From: Alphaproteobacteria bacterium | GTDB taxonomy: Bacteria; Pseudomonadota; Alphaproteobacteria; SP197 | DNA length: 64,000 nt | Assembly: GCA_964291265.2 (NCBI GenBank) | Contig: OZ219747.1 | Coordinates: 448,001-512,000, forward strand | Reading direction: 5' to 3' | Shown here: one piece after another, positions 61,272 to 64,000 of the stretch | How positions within the stretch are numbered: position 1 is the stretch's first letter | Layout: every line of letters starts with the position of its first letter | The notes under the pieces: generated by a model | Told to the model about the DNA's origin: nothing | Databases searched by the model: none | The model's input: the letters and a program-made list of their open reading frames with translations, nothing else | Position numbers and translations under genes: made by a program

Positions 61272-61661
61272 GTCGGCTTCCTCGGGACGCTGCCCGGTCG
61301 GTTGAAGGCACGATGCACCATGAGGGTGCATGGGCCAGGCGCGATGGGCTGACGGAGGCAGAGCGGGCCGTACATGGTGCCGTTGACGACCGCAGGCACG
61401 GGGCAGGGTTCGCAAGCCCTTCAGCGAACCCGGCGCAGGCTTCGCGGGTCCTGCGCCGACGGTGACCTTGCCATGCATGACGAACTGTCCGGAGGCCAGG
61501 CGGTTCGCCGTGAACCACTGCCCCGATCATGGCGTTGGCCGTGACATCAACACCGATCCGCTCCACCGCAGCCGCCGGCAAGGCGCCGACATCCGGCACC
61601 GGGGGTTCAATGCGTGCCGGCCCGGCGATACCATGACCGGAACCGGAGACGTGCAAACCCG

Positions 61662-63032
61662 ATGCCCGACATGCCGACCAACTCACCGATCGTTGCCGCC
61701 TGGTTGGAGAAGACAAGGGGGTCGCGCGATCTCGCGGGCGAGGCCGGCGGGATCTTCCCCAGTGGCGTGACCCACGACTCCCGTTATCGGGAGCCTTATG
61801 GACTCTATGTCGATCACGCCCGGGGGAGCCGCAAGTGGGATGTCGACGGCAACGAGTATGTCGACTTCTTTGGTGGCCACGGCTCGCTCATCCTCGGACA
61901 CGGCAATCCGGCAGTCGTCGAGGCGGTGAGGCGGGCTGTTGGCGAGGGCACCCACTTCGGCGCCGGTCACAGGGCGGAAGTGCGCTGGGGCCGCCTGGTC
62001 TGCAACCTCGTGCCTTCGGCGGAACGTGTGCGGTTTGTCTCCTCGGGCACCGAGGCAACCCTGATGTGCCTGCGCCTCGCCCGCGCGTTCACGGGCAGGC
62101 GCAAGATCCTCCGCTTCACCCATCATTTCCATGGCTGGCACGACCACGTCGCCTCGGCCCGGATCTCGAGCGGCGGCGCCCATGCAGCGGGCGTCGTCCC
62201 GGGGATCGAGGAAGACCTCGTCGTTGCCGACTCCGCTGACCGCGCCGCGCTCCGGGAAGCGTTCCGCACCCATGACGACATCGCCGCTGCCATCATCGAA
62301 CCGACAGGGGCCACGTTCGGCCGGCTTCCGGTCGACCCGGACTTCGTCCGGCTCTTGCGCGACGAGACGGAACGTCACGGAGCCCTCCTCATCCTCGACG
62401 AGGTGGTGACCGGATTCCGCGTGTCACCGGGAGGCGCCCAGGAGTCGCTCGGCATCACGCCCGATCTCACGGCCCTGGCAAAGATCCTGGCCGGCGGCTT
62501 TCCCGGCGGCGCGGTGGCCGGGCGCCGGGACGTCATGGAGATGCTCGATTTCGAGGCCACGCGACGGGATGGCCGCACCAAGGTCGACCACTTCGGCACC
62601 TTCAACGCCAATCCCGTTTCGGCCGCCGCAGGCATCGCCGCCCTGGACCAGATTGCCGACGGCGCCATGTGCGAGCGCGCCAGCGACACGGCGGCCGCGC
62701 TCCGGGACGGCATCAACCGCGTCGTCAGCGAGGCCGGCGTCTCCTGGGCCGCCTATGGAACCCACTCGTCCTTCCACATCTTTCTCAATCCCCGGCGCCT
62801 CGACGTGGCGCCGGGATCCTTCGACGGTTCCGGCGTGGCGCCCGATGATCTCCTGTACCTGCCGAAACCACTCGCCACCCGTTTCGATCTCGCCATGATG
62901 CTGGGCGGCGTCACCATGGGCGGATCGCCCGGCGGATACGTGTCGGGCGTCATGGAGGGCGCCGATGTCGACGTGACGGTGGAAGCGGTCCGCGGTGCGA
63001 TCCGCATGCTGCGGGCCGAGGACGCCCTGTGA
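61662..63032 (+). CDS. Class III PLP aminotransferase (GSA-aminomutase-like)
   Basis: WDVDGNEYVD, SSGTEA, FHGWHD, ILDEVVTGFR, LAKILAGG and GTFNANP. Confidence 0.9.
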   Translation: MPDMPTNSPIVAAWLEKTRGSRDLAGEAGGIFPSGVTHDSRYREPYGLYVDHARGSRKWDVDGNEYVDFFGGHGSLILGHGNPAVVEAVRRAVGEGTHFGAGHRAEVRWGRLVCNLVPSAERVRFVSSGTEATLMCLRLARAFTGRRKILRFTHHFHGWHDHVASARISSGGAHAAGVVPGIEEDLVVADSADRAALREAFRTHDDIAAAIIEPTGATFGRLPVDPDFVRLLRDETERHGALLILDEVVTGFRVSPGGAQESLGITPDLTALAKILAGGFPGGAVAGRRDVMEMLDFEATRRDGRTKVDHFGTFNANPVSAAAGIAALDQIADGAMCERASDTAAALRDGINRVVSEAGVSWAAYGTHSSFHIFLNPRRLDVAPGSFDGSGVAPDDLLYLPKPLATRFDLAMMLGGVTMGGSPGGYVSGVMEGADVDVTVEAVRGAIRMLRAEDAL

Positions 63033-63269
63033 ATCGGCCGCGCGCCATGGTCCCCTCGCGAATCGGCAGGGCGGACTTCTCGACGCTCATGGCGACGAAA
63101 CCACCCGGTTGCCCCCGTGTGAGGACCACCGCGCCGGAGCAAGCCGTTGTGTCATCGGCATTCAGCCCGGGCGGCGCTTGAGCGGCAGCGCCCGCCGCGC
63201 ACTTGCCGAGTCAGTCCTGCGAACCGCCGCGCGACTTCCGAGCGGCACGACAGGAAGCGCGAAGCGACG

Positions 63270-63570
63270 ATGCAATGCGCGCAGTCTCGTTCATCGGCAG
63301 CGGCCATTCGCCCGGCCCGTACCGTTGGCGAACGTGCGGGCAGTAGAGCGTCCGCATCTACGGCAACTGGCGCGTGGTGTTCCGCTTCGAGGACGGCGAG
63401 GCCGTGGACCTGAGCGACCCTCGCTGACAGAAAGGGCGATGACCATGAACGATGTTGCAGGTGATCGCGTCGACCCGATGCGGAACCCGTCACATCCGGG
63501 CGAACTCATCCGCGAGAACATGGACGATGCGGGCTGGCACGTGACCGGGACGGCGACGCGTCCTCGGTTG
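63270..63570 (+). pseudogene. Degenerate higB-higA toxin-antitoxin pair
   Basis: GNWRVVFRFEDGEAVDL (HigB C-terminus) followed by MRNPSHPGELIRENM (HigA N-terminus). Both frames are broken. Confidence 0.7.
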
Positions 63571-63816
63571 CCAGCGGGGAACGCTGTCGCGCCTGCCGCC
63601 AGCACCGATCAGGCACGCCGGACCCCGGCAGACGGACAACCCAACGCACCGGAACACGAGACCGCTCGGACCTGGACCACCATCTCTCGCGGCCGAACCG
63701 GAGCCACAGGGCAAATCTTCCGCTTGCATGACGGCGGTGCGACGGTCTATGGTTCTGCATGATCGTTGCGACGGGTAATTTCGGACTTGACTTCCTGCCT
63801 TGATCTTGGTGTAGAA

Positions 63817-63886
63817 TCGCGTCTCGCGTCTCGCGTCTCGCGTCTCGCGTCTCGCGTCTCGCGTCTCGCGTCTCGCGTCTCGCGTC
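63817..63886 (+). repeat. Perfect heptamer microsatellite (TCGCGTC)x10
   Basis: Ten exact units starting at the last base of a TAGAAT -10-like hexamer. Confidence 0.97.
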
Positions 63887-64000
63887 TCTTCTATGCGCCG
63901 GATTTCGGCGTCGATGTGCCTGGTCGCCTTCGGGAGACCCCTCCCCCTTTGATACTGTCTTCCCCGCCCGTGCGTCCTCTGCTGGAGGAGCGCCGGGCGC

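Overview
GC-rich bacterial window, probably from an alphaproteobacterium. A host-associated or symbiont lifestyle is only an inference, from the IS load, the pseudogene fragments and a heptamer SSR. Metabolic blocks are a Zur-controlled Azt/Znu-type zinc ABC operon, mcl-mch-sdhCDAB, a sugar-type ABC transporter followed by acoABC, arsR-arsI-like/mmsA/rhodanese, a BCCT transporter, GGT, ybbAP-tesA-thpR and a class III aminotransferase. These alternate with heavily nested mobile DNA. Three structures stand out. (1) An ORF-less group II twintron at 36944-38719 (-): two 888-nt paralogous ribozymes whose EBS1/EBS2/EBS3 each match their own insertion site. The inner one targets domain VI of its sister and carries a substitution that removes that target from itself. 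(2) A 5.16-kb transposon at 12796-17955 (-) encoding a Zn-finger/HTH protein, a DDE transposase and an ExeA/TnsC-like ATPase, plus a RecA-type helicase, an iteron-like spacer and a Toprim primase-like protein. It is nested in an unclassified 2.45-kb IS whose ends and target duplication can be defined here. (3) Two independent IS1634+MITE tandems with triplicated 6-bp targets, one of which knocks out a yafQ toxin. No CRISPR array, rRNA or tRNA was recognised. All family assignments come from motif recognition, not database searches.
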